Positions 1 to 9,973 are shown, numbered from the stretch's first letter. The stretch is DNA of 64,000 bases from Alphaproteobacteria bacterium (GCA_045632645.1 JAZQXC010000014.1:104637-168636), one strand, 5' to 3'. Notes: generated from the sequence alone by a model not told the origin. Made by a program: numbers and translations.

Positions 1-89
1 AAACCTCTAATAAAGGCTATTAGCATAGAAATTGCTACACCTATTAAAATAACAACATCAATATTATTTAATGGCTCCATTTTTAACTC

Positions 90-1463
90 CTAACTAAATT
101 TAGATATAAGTCTTTGCACATTACCAATTTCGTGATAAGACATGTTCGTTATAAGTTTTTGTTTTTTATCAGTAAAGCTATTAGGGATAATAGCGTTTGT
201 AAACCCAAGCTTTTGCGCCTCTTTTAAGCGAAGATTTGGCTGACTAACAGCTCTTATTTCACCAGATAAGCCAATCTCACCAAAAACAACCATATCAGAT
301 GGAAGAGGCTTATTTGTCATAGAAGAAATAACCGCCATAGCAACAGCTAAATCAGCAGCAGGTTCCGATATTTTTAATCCACCTGCAATGTTTAAATAAA
401 CATCATGGTTGCTAAAATTCATACCACATCTAGCCTCTAACACAGCTAAAATCATTGCAAGCCGTCCAGAATCCCAACCAACAACAGCTCTTTTAGCTCC
501 GTTATATCCACTATTTCCAACAAGAGCTTGAATTTCTACCAACAAAGGTCTAGACCCCTCAATTCCTGCAAAAACACAAGAACCTGATACACACCCTTGT
601 CGTTCAGCCAAAAATAGGGCAGATGGATTTTCAACTTCAACCAACCCTGTTTCTTGCATTTCAAATACACCAATTTCATCGGTTGCACCATATCTGTTTT
701 TAACGGCTCTTAATATGCGGAAATGGTGTCCTCTATCTCCTTCAAAATAAAGCACAGTATCAACCATATGTTCCAAAACTCTAGGGCCAGCAATAGCTCC
801 TTGTTTTGTTACATGACCAACCAAAAATAGTGTAAAACCTTTTCTTTTTGCTATTTTAATAAGCTCATATGCTGTTGCTCTTACCTGAGCAACGCTACCA
901 GGTGTGGATTCCACCTCATCAAGATACATTGTTTGGATAGAGTCAATAATAACAAGTGATGGATTCTCTTTTTCAAGAGTTGCAATAATATCTTTCACAC
1001 TTGTTGTGCTGGCCAATTTAACAGGGGCATCAGCTAAACCAAGTCTTTTAGCTCTAATTCTCACTTGGTCAATAGCCTCTTCGCCTGATATATAAAAACA
1101 TGCGCCATTTTGTAATTTATTAGCAACGCTTGCACACACTTGAAGTAAAAGGGTAGATTTACCAATACCAGGATCTCCTCCAACCAAAACAACAGACCCA
1201 GGAACAAGCCCACCACCAGAAACTCTATTAATTTCAGATAAATCAGTAACAAGTCTTTGATATGTTTGCATTTCACCATTTAAAGATACAAAATCGATCA
1301 AACTCCCTTGTTGTTTTGATGAAATATTAGAAAATTCGGCACTTTGTTTTTTTTCTTCAACAATAGAGTTCCATTCACCACAAGCATCACATTTTCCTTG
1401 CCACTTATGATAAACACTACCACAAGATTGACAAACAAACTCTATCATTGTTTTTTTTGCCAT
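90..1463 (-). CDS. radA: DNA repair protein RadA/Sms (start moved to the MAKK Met; ORF-track frame extends 6 codons upstream)
   Basis: N-terminal C4 zinc finger CQSCG...CDACGEW, Walker A GGDPGIGKST, KNRYG motif, Lon-protease-like C-terminal domain. Confidence 0.9.
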   Translation of the reverse strand: MAKKTMIEFVCQSCGSVYHKWQGKCDACGEWNSIVEEKKQSAEFSNISSKQQGSLIDFVSLNGEMQTYQRLVTDLSEINRVSGGGLVPGSVVLVGGDPGIGKSTLLLQVCASVANKLQNGACFYISGEEAIDQVRIRAKRLGLADAPVKLASTTSVKDIIATLEKENPSLVIIDSIQTMYLDEVESTPGSVAQVRATAYELIKIAKRKGFTLFLVGHVTKQGAIAGPRVLEHMVDTVLYFEGDRGHHFRILRAVKNRYGATDEIGVFEMQETGLVEVENPSALFLAERQGCVSGSCVFAGIEGSRPLLVEIQALVGNSGYNGAKRAVVGWDSGRLAMILAVLEARCGMNFSNHDVYLNIAGGLKISEPAADLAVAMAVISSMTNKPLPSDMVVFGEIGLSGEIRAVSQPNLRLKEAQKLGFTNAIIPNSFTDKKQKLITNMSYHEIGNVQRLISKFS

Positions 1464-1464
1464 A

Positions 1465-2232
1465 TTATTTCTCCACTGCAATTGGTCCTTTAGAAGAGCC
1501 GTTTATAAATTGCTTCACATAAGGGTTGCTTGTTTTATCTAGCTCTTTTACAGTTCCATACCAAACAATTTTGCCTTGATACAGCATCGCAATTTTATCG
1601 GCAATTTTTCTAGCTGAAACCATATCATGAGTAATGGTAAGTGTTGTCGCCCCCAAGTCCTTTGCAGATTCTATAATCAAATCATTAATAACATCTGCCA
1701 TAATTGGGTCAAGACCAGTGGTTGGCTCATCAAAAAAGATAATTTCCGGTTTTGTAACAACAGCTCTCGCCAAACCAACTCGTTTTTGCATACCTCCAGA
1801 AAGTTCAGATGGATATAAGTCAGCAATATCAGCACTAAGTCCAACTTGTCTTAAAACTTTGATAGCAACAATTTTTGCTTCTTTTTTTCCCATCCCTCTA
1901 TTTTCAACAAGGTCAAAAGCAACATTTTCCCAAACTTTTAAGCTGTCAAAGAGAGCCCCACCTTGAAAGAGCATTCCCATTTTGCTGTGCATCCCATCAA
2001 TAACATCTGAGTTTTCATCAACAATTTCAATATTATCAATTTTAATTGAGCCACTATCTGGCCTTAAAAGACCTTGAATACATTTAATTAAAACAGATTT
2101 ACCTGTTCCAGAGCCCCCTATAACGACAAGAGATTCCCCCTTGCACACATCAAGGTCAACACCATTTAAAACCTGTTTTTTTCCAAAACTCTTATGTAGA
2201 TTTCGTATTTTAATTTTCACTTCTTTTGACAC
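1465..2232 (-). CDS. mlaF: ABC transporter ATP-binding protein, MlaF-like (phospholipid/lipid asymmetry transporter)
   Basis: Walker A GGSGTGKS, ABC signature LSGGMQKRVGLARA, Walker B IIFFDEPTTGLD; immediately upstream of an MlaE-type permease. Confidence 0.8.
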   Translation of the reverse strand: MSKEVKIKIRNLHKSFGKKQVLNGVDLDVCKGESLVVIGGSGTGKSVLIKCIQGLLRPDSGSIKIDNIEIVDENSDVIDGMHSKMGMLFQGGALFDSLKVWENVAFDLVENRGMGKKEAKIVAIKVLRQVGLSADIADLYPSELSGGMQKRVGLARAVVTKPEIIFFDEPTTGLDPIMADVINDLIIESAKDLGATTLTITHDMVSARKIADKIAMLYQGKIVWYGTVKELDKTSNPYVKQFINGSSKGPIAVEK

Positions 2233-2243
2233 GCCATCTCTCC

Positions 2244-3035
2244 TTATCTAGAAAAGAACATTTCTGTAATAAGATAGTTAAATATAAGAATTAGTATAGA
2301 TGAGGAAACAACAGCATTAGTTGTAGCATTACCAACACCTTGAGCGCCACCTTTAGATTTGTAACCATGATAACATCCCATCATAGATATAATAAAACCA
2401 AAAACAGCAGCCTTAACCAAGCCTGAATAAATACCTATCATTTGCAAGTCTTGAAATGTTGCAGTAATATAGTTTGCAGGGTTAAATCCTAATTTATAAA
2501 CACCCACAACATAACCACCAAAAATACCAATAATATCACCAATAAAAACAAGTATAGGAAGCACAATAAAACCAGCCCATAACCTTGGTGCAACAAGATA
2601 TTTAAAAGGATTTGTTGAAAGTGTAACAAGCGCATCAATTTGTTCAGTAACTCTCATTGTACCAATTTCTGCAGCCATCGCAGCTCCAATTCTACCAGCA
2701 ACCATTAAAGCAGATAACACAGGAGCCAATTCTCTTGTTACAGAAATTAAAACAACAGAAGCAATAACGCTTTCTGCCTTAAATCCAGAAAAACCAGAAT
2801 AGGTTTGAAGAGCAATAACCATACCAGCAAACAATGTTGTTAAACCAACAACAGGCAAAGAGTAAAAACCAATATCTAAAATATGCTTAAAAAAAAGCCT
2901 AAAATAAAAAGGAGGAACAAAGCAATGATAGATAGATTTCAAAATAAAGGTAGTTAAGTCCCCTAAAGACGCCAAAAAGGAAACAAGTGTTTTTCCTAAT
3001 GCTCTAAGAAAATTTGTAAAAACTTTTATAATCAT
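2244..3035 (-). CDS. mlaE: ABC transporter permease, MlaE family
   Basis: 263 aa polytopic membrane protein with MlaE/YrbE-like size and organisation, adjacent to mlaF. Confidence 0.75.
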   Translation of the reverse strand: MIIKVFTNFLRALGKTLVSFLASLGDLTTFILKSIYHCFVPPFYFRLFFKHILDIGFYSLPVVGLTTLFAGMVIALQTYSGFSGFKAESVIASVVLISVTRELAPVLSALMVAGRIGAAMAAEIGTMRVTEQIDALVTLSTNPFKYLVAPRLWAGFIVLPILVFIGDIIGIFGGYVVGVYKLGFNPANYITATFQDLQMIGIYSGLVKAAVFGFIISMMGCYHGYKSKGGAQGVGNATTNAVVSSSILILIFNYLITEMFFSR

Positions 3036-3065
3036 GTCTCACCTCTTTTTATATATTTATCATGT

Positions 3066-3491
3066 TTAGATAAATTTACCACAAATTTTTTGAATAATCT
3101 TATTAGTTGTAGACATCTCAAAAGGATATAAAGAAAGTTTTGGAATTTTAACGTCAAAAAACTCTACATATTCATTTTGGGGCAATCTCTCTAAACAATC
3201 TTTATTTGTAGATAATTCAACACACAAAACAATTTCAACCACGTCTGTTACATTGTCTAATACAGCAATACCAACATTTCTTATTTCAATTTTTTTAAAA
3301 AGATTTTTAGGTGCTTTTCCATAAATTTTGCCATCTTTTTCGTATATATCAACCCTATCATCAGCAACAAGCTTAGCGCCTTTATCCATAATCATTCTTA
3401 AGGCAATATCAGACTTTCCACTTCCAGATTTTCCTACAAAAAGAATTCCCTTTCCCAAAAAATCAACACAAGTTGCATGGATATTATTCAT
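3066..3491 (-). CDS. HPr kinase/phosphorylase C-terminal-domain-like P-loop protein (short alphaproteobacterial HprK type)
   Basis: GKSGSGKSDIALRMIMDKGAKLVADD matches the HprK_C P-loop region; start taken at MNNIH to avoid overlapping tsaE. Confidence 0.55.
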   Translation of the reverse strand: MNNIHATCVDFLGKGILFVGKSGSGKSDIALRMIMDKGAKLVADDRVDIYEKDGKIYGKAPKNLFKKIEIRNVGIAVLDNVTDVVEIVLCVELSTNKDCLERLPQNEYVEFFDVKIPKLSLYPFEMSTTNKIIQKICGKFI

Positions 3492-3954
3492 ACACAATTT
3501 GCTCCAATCTCTTCTTTTTTTCTTCCACAAAACATTCAACCCTAAAAACCCTAACACCACCTTCAACATTAATGGTTATTTTCCATATATTTTTAGGTAA
3601 AATACTAGCAATTTTTTCAGGCCACTCAACTAAGTTTACACCATCATAAAACGCGTCTTCAATACCCAACTCAAAAGCTTCTTCATGTGCTTTTAATCTA
3701 TACATATCATAATGATATATTTCAAAATCATCAGCTTCATATGTTTGAACAAGAGTAAATGTTGGGCTAGGCACATCGTCCACGTTTGATAGTTGTTTTA
3801 TAAAATATCTAGAAAAACAGCTTTTTCCAACTCCAAGCGTTCCGTATAGTGCAAAAACATCACCCTTTTTAGCAATTTTTGCAAACTCAATGGCTAATTT
3901 TTTGGTGTCATCTTCTTTTTTGCAATAAAAAACTCTCTCAATGGGCATTTTCAC
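3484..3954 (-). CDS. tsaE: tRNA threonylcarbamoyladenosine biosynthesis ATPase TsaE (YjeE)
   Basis: YGTLGVGKS P-loop, SPTFTLVQTY and HYDMYRL motifs typical of TsaE, 156 aa. Confidence 0.85.
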   Translation of the reverse strand: MKMPIERVFYCKKEDDTKKLAIEFAKIAKKGDVFALYGTLGVGKSCFSRYFIKQLSNVDDVPSPTFTLVQTYEADDFEIYHYDMYRLKAHEEAFELGIEDAFYDGVNLVEWPEKIASILPKNIWKITINVEGGVRVFRVECFVEEKKKRLEQIVYE

Positions 3955-3956
3955 CT

Positions 3957-4916
3957 CTAAAATAAAGATTTGAAAAACGAAGAAATCCCACCACCTATTT
4001 TTGCTCGTCTTTTGATGGTGAAGTTATTTTTCTCGCTTTTAATTTTTCTCCAATCAGAAGGAGAGTAAAATGTACCCTGCCATAAACCTGAAGAGTTACT
4101 TCTTGCCTTAATTTCATATGGTTTATAAATGTTTGTTTCATTAGTGTTTGCAACAGCCCAACCAGAAGCAACAAGCCCAGCACCAATATCATATTCCCCC
4201 CAAACACATGTCGCAACATCAACACCATTTGGATTAATTTCTAATAAGTAACAATCAATAGGGTTGTCATCAATCCAACTTCTTAACCAAGACACCGCCT
4301 CTTGTCCGCAATTATATGAGCTACCAGTAACATCAGAGCACACCTGATCATTATCTGGAGCATCTAAGCCATATAGGCGTACATATCTACCACCAATCTG
4401 TAAAATATTTGCATGAATAACCCTAATCATGCCAGAAACTTTTGGATATTTAGAATAATCAAAATCAGAGCGAGCTTTTTTGTGTTTAGCAAGTCTTGTT
4501 TGTTCTTTAGATTCTGTATTCAAAGTAGCGTCTTTACTTTTTAAGTCTTCATTATGTTTTATTTCATCTTTGTTTTTTTCAACAGATGTATCAATTGTTT
4601 TTTCAACCACATTAGTTGGTTTGTTTTCTTGTGCTTGCTTATCAAAAAGCTTAAGTTCAATAAGAGCACAAGAGAGCCCAAGAGCGATAATTGTTATCCA
4701 AAAGCTATAATTAGGAAGTTTTTGTACAATAGCAATATAAGACAATACTAAACCCAATATTAAAAAGCAAAAAGCCAAAGCCTTTATAGCTTGATAATCA
4801 GAGTCAATAAGCATAAAACCCACAATAAACATCAGCAAAGAAACAAGCCCACAAAGAATTCTCTTGAGCCATAGCATGCACATATATTTATATCTATATT
4901 TAGACCTATACAACAC
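3957..4916 (-). CDS. membrane-anchored staphylococcal-nuclease (SNase/thermonuclease)-like protein
   Basis: N-terminal TM helices; C-terminal VIHANILQIGGRYVRLYGLDAPD resembles the SNc-domain signature (DGDT...RL.GIDAPE). Confidence 0.55.
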   Translation of the reverse strand: MLYRSKYRYKYMCMLWLKRILCGLVSLLMFIVGFMLIDSDYQAIKALAFCFLILGLVLSYIAIVQKLPNYSFWITIIALGLSCALIELKLFDKQAQENKPTNVVEKTIDTSVEKNKDEIKHNEDLKSKDATLNTESKEQTRLAKHKKARSDFDYSKYPKVSGMIRVIHANILQIGGRYVRLYGLDAPDNDQVCSDVTGSSYNCGQEAVSWLRSWIDDNPIDCYLLEINPNGVDVATCVWGEYDIGAGLVASGWAVANTNETNIYKPYEIKARSNSSGLWQGTFYSPSDWRKIKSEKNNFTIKRRAKIGGGISSFFKSLF

Positions 4917-4924
4917 AACTCTCC

Positions 4925-6646
4925 TTATTTATATAAGTTAGGCAAAACATCGTTGTTATTTATTTTTGTTACCTTCTTTCTGTTAACAGCTTTAAATGTT
5001 TTTACGAAAACATTAACATCTAAAACCTCCTCACCCTTAGAATATAACAATTTATTCAAAATGTCTAATTGTTTTTCAAATTCATAATCTTTTGCTATAT
5101 CAATAATATCTTTAAAATTCGTTATATTTTCGTTTTTATACCTAATTTTAGCCCATTCAACAACAGCAATCTTTACCTTTTTATAGTTTTTCTTTTTTAT
5201 ATTATCAATTACCTCTCTTTTATATCTATTAATTGGTTTGTTTTTATTTTTTCTATAAACAAAACCCAAAATCAAAATAATTAAAGCCAAGGCAATATAT
5301 TTAATCTTTATTTTAATTGTAATTGTTTTATTTTTCTTCTCTATCTTTTCAGAAATATCTTGTTTTTCATTGTTGCCAACATTATTGGTGATATCCGTTT
5401 CAATATTATCAAAACCCTCAGCAACAACACCGTTTGTTGCTACATTTATTTTCTTTTCTTCAACACTAGCTATTTCTATCTTATTTGTATTCAAGTTAAA
5501 CCACTTAATACTTGTTTTAGGAATAATAATTGTTCCAGATTTTTCAGGAATATAAACGGTATTATATTTAGCAGATGTAACAATATTTCCATCAACAACT
5601 TCTTCAGTAAAAGTTGGTTTTTCTGGATATTTTTTTGCCCCTATAACATCTGGAGAAATGTTCAAAGGTAATAAATTTTGTGTAGTTCCAGCTGCAACTA
5701 TATTTACTTCATAGTTAAATGTTTCTCCAACCATAATCTTTTTTTCACTAGCAACAGAAGAGGATACTTTTAGGTCTTTAAGTGGTAGCCAATGTTGCAA
5801 ACCAATCCCATCAACAGCGGGTTTAACGTCAATAAACTTCTTATTTGTTTTCATCTTAACAGGAACGCTTTGTCCAAACAAACTATCGATTCCATTATCA
5901 AATAGTGAAAAAGCATCACCAAAATCACTAAAACCAAAACCAACATTTTTAATATATTCCCCATCAAAAGAATATTGAGGCAATTCTATCCTACCACTTT
6001 TTTGAGGGAATAGTGCAAATAAAAACGTAACAACATTTGTTTTTTTGCCGTTAATGTTTTCAATTTTTTTAATTGGCTCATTTAATAAAGGCAAAACAAT
6101 CCAATCTTTTTTAGTATCTTCGATAACATTTAACCGTCCATTATTAAGCCCAATGGTATCCAAAATAGTAACAGACATAAGCATCTGTTGATTTATATAT
6201 GGAGAGCTGTTGTCGATATCTTGTTCAATCTCAAAATAGGGCGCATTAAAATTTTGCTTGCTATCAGGAACAAAAGCAACATTAGATAACTCTTTTACCT
6301 CCACATCAACATAATTAGATGTAAGATTTCCAAGTTTTACAGGTTTAATAGTTATTTTACCTGTTTTTTTAGGCGCCAAGCCCAAAGTCCATTTTTTTAT
6401 ATGTGTAACATCACCATTAATTATAGAATATTGGTTAGAAGAAGAATTTTGAACTAGTTGGAAGTCTTCTAAAATATGACCAAACTCAGGTTTATCTTCA
6501 CTAGAGCCGTTATATTCAATTGTTAGATACAAAACATCTCCCTCCGATAAAACCTTTTTATCTACAAACACATCAAGAGAGTCTGCAAACAAATTTGTAG
6601 AAAACAAAAAAGCAATCAGAAAACAAAAAATATTACATTTTTTCAT
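4925..6646 (-). CDS. BatD-like protein (aerotolerance-operon family), signal peptide plus C-terminal TM anchor
   Basis: 573 aa with N-terminal signal peptide and a single C-terminal TM helix followed by a basic tail; sits directly downstream of BatA/BatB-like VWA genes. Confidence 0.5.
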   Translation of the reverse strand: MKKCNIFCFLIAFLFSTNLFADSLDVFVDKKVLSEGDVLYLTIEYNGSSEDKPEFGHILEDFQLVQNSSSNQYSIINGDVTHIKKWTLGLAPKKTGKITIKPVKLGNLTSNYVDVEVKELSNVAFVPDSKQNFNAPYFEIEQDIDNSSPYINQQMLMSVTILDTIGLNNGRLNVIEDTKKDWIVLPLLNEPIKKIENINGKKTNVVTFLFALFPQKSGRIELPQYSFDGEYIKNVGFGFSDFGDAFSLFDNGIDSLFGQSVPVKMKTNKKFIDVKPAVDGIGLQHWLPLKDLKVSSSVASEKKIMVGETFNYEVNIVAAGTTQNLLPLNISPDVIGAKKYPEKPTFTEEVVDGNIVTSAKYNTVYIPEKSGTIIIPKTSIKWFNLNTNKIEIASVEEKKINVATNGVVAEGFDNIETDITNNVGNNEKQDISEKIEKKNKTITIKIKIKYIALALIILILGFVYRKNKNKPINRYKREVIDNIKKKNYKKVKIAVVEWAKIRYKNENITNFKDIIDIAKDYEFEKQLDILNKLLYSKGEEVLDVNVFVKTFKAVNRKKVTKINNNDVLPNLYK

Positions 6647-8978
6647 TTTTATACCTACCTTTAAAATGCTCTTTTTTTATCATTTCTCTTAACAATCCCC
6701 CAACATCATCTGGAATCTCCCTATATCTACGCTGTATCAATAACTCTTTTTCATCAACAGGCTCTCCTTCGTCAACCTCATCTCCAATATTTGCAAGATT
6801 GCCCGTTTCATTATTGTTTTTATTATCAGATAATTTATCGCTTGCATCAAAATCATCTGTTCTGTTTCCTTGTTTTTCCTTATTTGTTTCAGGGTAAGAT
6901 TGCTTGTTTTTTGCCTTATTATTATCCTCTTGTTTGTCTTCACCTTCTCCCTTGCCATCATCTTGTTTATTTTTTTCATTTTTATTTGATTTAGAACCAT
7001 CTTTATTTTTTTCACTATCGCCATCTTTATTTTTATCCGCTTCTTTATCTGTTTGAGAAGAGTTTTCATCATTATTTTCATCTGTTTTATTATCATCTTT
7101 AGATGATTCTCTCTCATTCTCTTTTTGTTCATTATTATTTTGATTGTTGTTATTGTTATTTTCAGAATCATCTTCTTTTTTATTATCAGAAGACACCGAT
7201 TCGTTTTCTTTCTTTATATTTTTTACGCCAGATTTTTTCTTATTTTCATCACTCTTATCTTCGGCATTATTTTGCTCTTTTTCATCATTATTGTTCTTGT
7301 TTTCAGCATCTTTATTATCATTTTGCTCTTTATTTTCCATCTCATTATTATTGCCGTGATTTTTATCATCATCGTTATTTTGATTGCCTCTAGTATCTTC
7401 ATTATTTTTATTATCATTATTTTCCGATTTATTATTTTGAGCATTGTCAACATTTTTGCTATCTTGATTATCGTTTTTATTTTGCTCATTTTCAGTATTG
7501 TTGTTTTTCTCATCACTACTAGATGAGTTGTTTTGTTTATCATCATTATTGTTTTCGCCATTAGTATCATTTTCATTCTGATTTTGATTATTACCTCCAT
7601 CAGAATTACCATTATTGTCTTTGTTATTATTTTTTTCGTTAGAATCTCCATCGCCACTTCCACTAGAAGAGTTGTCTCCGCACTCTAATAGAGATGGATT
7701 CTCTTTTGCTTTTACTAAAAGATTTTCAATAGCCATCAAATTAAATTTAGCATCTTCATTATCAAAACGTTTAACAACATTTTGAAAAACCTCTTTAGCT
7801 TCATCGTATTTACAAAGTTTTGCTAAAATAACACCTTTATTATACAAACTTTTTTCATCATTTTCTTTTTCAATATCTTTAAGAGCTTCCTCAAGCTTAT
7901 CTTGTTTATATAGCGAAATAGATTTCCACAAAGGATTATCAAAAAGTTTATATGCTTCATCATATCTTTTTTGATTAAAAAATCTAAAAGCCTCTTGGTT
8001 TTTATTCAAAAGAAACGAGGCTTCAGCATTAAATGCAAATAAAAGCGTCAATAAACACAAAAAACCACGTCTAAACAATGGCAAAATACACAACAAAGGA
8101 ATAATTAGCAAATAATATCCAAAATCCAAATAATCAGATTGTATATTTTTATTGGTCATCATTCTTTTTTCATTAATATCAGATAATTTCTTTATGAGCA
8201 AATTTAGATTATTTTCTCTTAATTTTAAATACATTCCACCGCCCTTTTGTGCCACAAGCTCTAACTTATCGCTACCACTAAAAGATGTATCAATAACATT
8301 AACACTAAACCCCATCTGACGTGCGTTTTCTGCACTTTTTAGTGTATGGTCTAAGCGATATCCCACATCAGAAGCTAGCAATATAATATTACCATTATTA
8401 AACCCTGTTTCTTGTAGTTTTTGCGCTGAAAGTTCAATAGCTCTATCAGCTCTATCTCCAAAATCCGGCATAATATCAGGTGTAATTTGTGGCATAATAT
8501 TGGTAATAATGCTAGCATCATCAGTAATAGGAGAAACAACATAGGGCTCCATAGTATACACCTCAAGTCCAAACTGAGCATTGGCTATGTTTTGTGCAAT
8601 ATCAACAATAGCATATTTTGCCCTCATTAGTCTTGAAGGAGATATATCTGTTAGTTGCATATCTTGAGCCATGCTCAAAACAAACATTGTTGGATTTTCA
8701 GGCACCATTGTTGGCATATCAATTTTTTTCCATGTAGGTCCAGACACTGCAATAGTAGCAGAAAATAAACCTAGATAAATAAGCGTCTTAAAAGAAATTA
8801 ATCTTTTCTGCTTGTTTTTAATCAAAAGAAAATCTAGCAGTTTTTTATCACAAACAAAGCTCCAAGAAGAAAGGCTTTCACTAATGTTAATTTTTTTTAG
8901 CAACAAAAACACTATTGGTATTAAAAACAACAAACACCAAGGGCGCAAAAAATGAAAATCCATAAAAAACTCTATCAT
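6633..8978 (-). CDS. BatB-like membrane protein with VWA and TPR domains plus a ~290-aa N/D/E/K-rich disordered insert
   Basis: N-terminal TM helices, VWA-like region (DGSN/LASD motifs), TPR-like helical repeats (YNKGV.LAKL..YDEA), then a very long low-complexity acidic/Asn-rich tract; start taken at MIEFF immediately after the BatA stop. Confidence 0.6.
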   Translation of the reverse strand: MIEFFMDFHFLRPWCLLFLIPIVFLLLKKINISESLSSWSFVCDKKLLDFLLIKNKQKRLISFKTLIYLGLFSATIAVSGPTWKKIDMPTMVPENPTMFVLSMAQDMQLTDISPSRLMRAKYAIVDIAQNIANAQFGLEVYTMEPYVVSPITDDASIITNIMPQITPDIMPDFGDRADRAIELSAQKLQETGFNNGNIILLASDVGYRLDHTLKSAENARQMGFSVNVIDTSFSGSDKLELVAQKGGGMYLKLRENNLNLLIKKLSDINEKRMMTNKNIQSDYLDFGYYLLIIPLLCILPLFRRGFLCLLTLLFAFNAEASFLLNKNQEAFRFFNQKRYDEAYKLFDNPLWKSISLYKQDKLEEALKDIEKENDEKSLYNKGVILAKLCKYDEAKEVFQNVVKRFDNEDAKFNLMAIENLLVKAKENPSLLECGDNSSSGSGDGDSNEKNNNKDNNGNSDGGNNQNQNENDTNGENNNDDKQNNSSSSDEKNNNTENEQNKNDNQDSKNVDNAQNNKSENNDNKNNEDTRGNQNNDDDKNHGNNNEMENKEQNDNKDAENKNNNDEKEQNNAEDKSDENKKKSGVKNIKKENESVSSDNKKEDDSENNNNNNQNNNEQKENERESSKDDNKTDENNDENSSQTDKEADKNKDGDSEKNKDGSKSNKNEKNKQDDGKGEGEDKQEDNNKAKNKQSYPETNKEKQGNRTDDFDASDKLSDNKNNNETGNLANIGDEVDEGEPVDEKELLIQRRYREIPDDVGGLLREMIKKEHFKGRYKNEKM
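6818..7688. repeat. low-complexity coding tract (N/D/E/K/S/G-rich) inside the BatB-like gene
   Basis: Translation is nearly pure N,D,E,K,S,G (e.g. NNNKDNNGNSDGGNNQNQNEND...); all six frames give long ORFs here (ORF-track 7125..7526, 7223..7663 and others). Confidence 0.7.
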
Positions 8979-9973
8979 CTCATTTTTCTTTCTAGCAAAA
9001 GCAACAACAAAATAGACCATATAAGAGCAAAAAACAAAGGTATATAAAACAAATCTTTTTTGTTTTGTACAATATTTCCATTTGAATCTTGTGGCTCTAG
9101 TTCATCAATTTTATCATATACTTGTTTTAATTCATTAACATCAGTAACCTTAAAATAATTTGCTTTAGTTTTTACTGCTAAATCTTTTAAGCTTTTTTCA
9201 TCAAGACCATTGCTATTTACACCCAATACTGCTCGAATAAAGCTTTCTTCTTCTTGTATTCCAATGGTATATATCTTTATGTTCTCTTTTTCAGCAAGTT
9301 CAATCGCTTCTTTCATACCCAAAGAACCATCATTACTTTCTCCATCAGAAAGTAATATAATTAGTTTATTTGGTCTGTCTTTGCGTTCTTTTAAGTTTTT
9401 AAGCGCAATACCAAGCGCATCACCAATAGAGGTTGTTGTTCCCGCCATTCCGGCATCAACGTTTTGCAAAATATCGTATACTGCATTTTTATCGTATGTA
9501 AGTGGCGCTTGCAAATACGCTCTTGTTCCAAACAAAATCAATCCCAGTCTGTCTTCTTTTCTTTTATTAATAAAGTCACCAACCACCATCTTAACAGCCG
9601 ACAATCTATCGGTTCTAGCATTAAGCATATAAATTGGTCGCAACATAGACGGAGATATATCTATAACAAGCATAATATCTCTATTTTGAGTTTTTATTCT
9701 ATATGGTTCGCCAACAAATTGAGGTCTAGCAATAGCCACAACAAGCATTGTCCATAATATAAATAAATTTAAAAACCTAAAAGAAAACGAAAACTTATCA
9801 CTAATATGTATAAAAGACGATGCATTAACCATATTTTTTATTGCTTTTAGATCTTTTATAAAAGGAACAGATAAAGCCCCTGATGAAGAGTTTTTCATTG
9901 GGTTTATTATATACAACAAAACAAACGGCAACAAAAGAAGCAAAAAAAGATATGGATATTCAAAACTAATCAT
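8975..9973 (-). CDS. BatA-like von Willebrand factor A (VWA) domain membrane protein
   Basis: N-terminal TM helices, VWA MIDAS-like DISPSM ... ILLSDGESNDG motifs, C-terminal TM helix. Confidence 0.65.
   Translation of the reverse strand: MISFEYPYLFLLLLLPFVLLYIINPMKNSSSGALSVPFIKDLKAIKNMVNASSFIHISDKFSFSFRFLNLFILWTMLVVAIARPQFVGEPYRIKTQNRDIMLVIDISPSMLRPIYMLNARTDRLSAVKMVVGDFINKRKEDRLGLILFGTRAYLQAPLTYDKNAVYDILQNVDAGMAGTTTSIGDALGIALKNLKERKDRPNKLIILLSDGESNDGSLGMKEAIELAEKENIKIYTIGIQEEESFIRAVLGVNSNGLDEKSLKDLAVKTKANYFKVTDVNELKQVYDKIDELEPQDSNGNIVQNKKDLFYIPLFFALIWSILLLLLLERKMR

Noticed and set aside
904-1966. Small ORFs antisense to or embedded in radA and mlaF (904..1095+, 1061..1279-, 1627..1818+, 1634..1966+)
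   Set aside because: They lie fully inside well-supported conserved genes on the opposite strand or in another frame. They have no RBS or motif support.
6737-7663. Multiple long ORFs on both strands (6737..7171-, 6791..6994+, 7103..7393+, 7125..7526+, 7144..7359+, 7223..7663-)
   Set aside because: All fall within the low-complexity AAT/GAT-rich tract of the BatB-like gene. Their translations are compositionally absurd (poly-I/F/K), so they are artefacts of the biased sequence.
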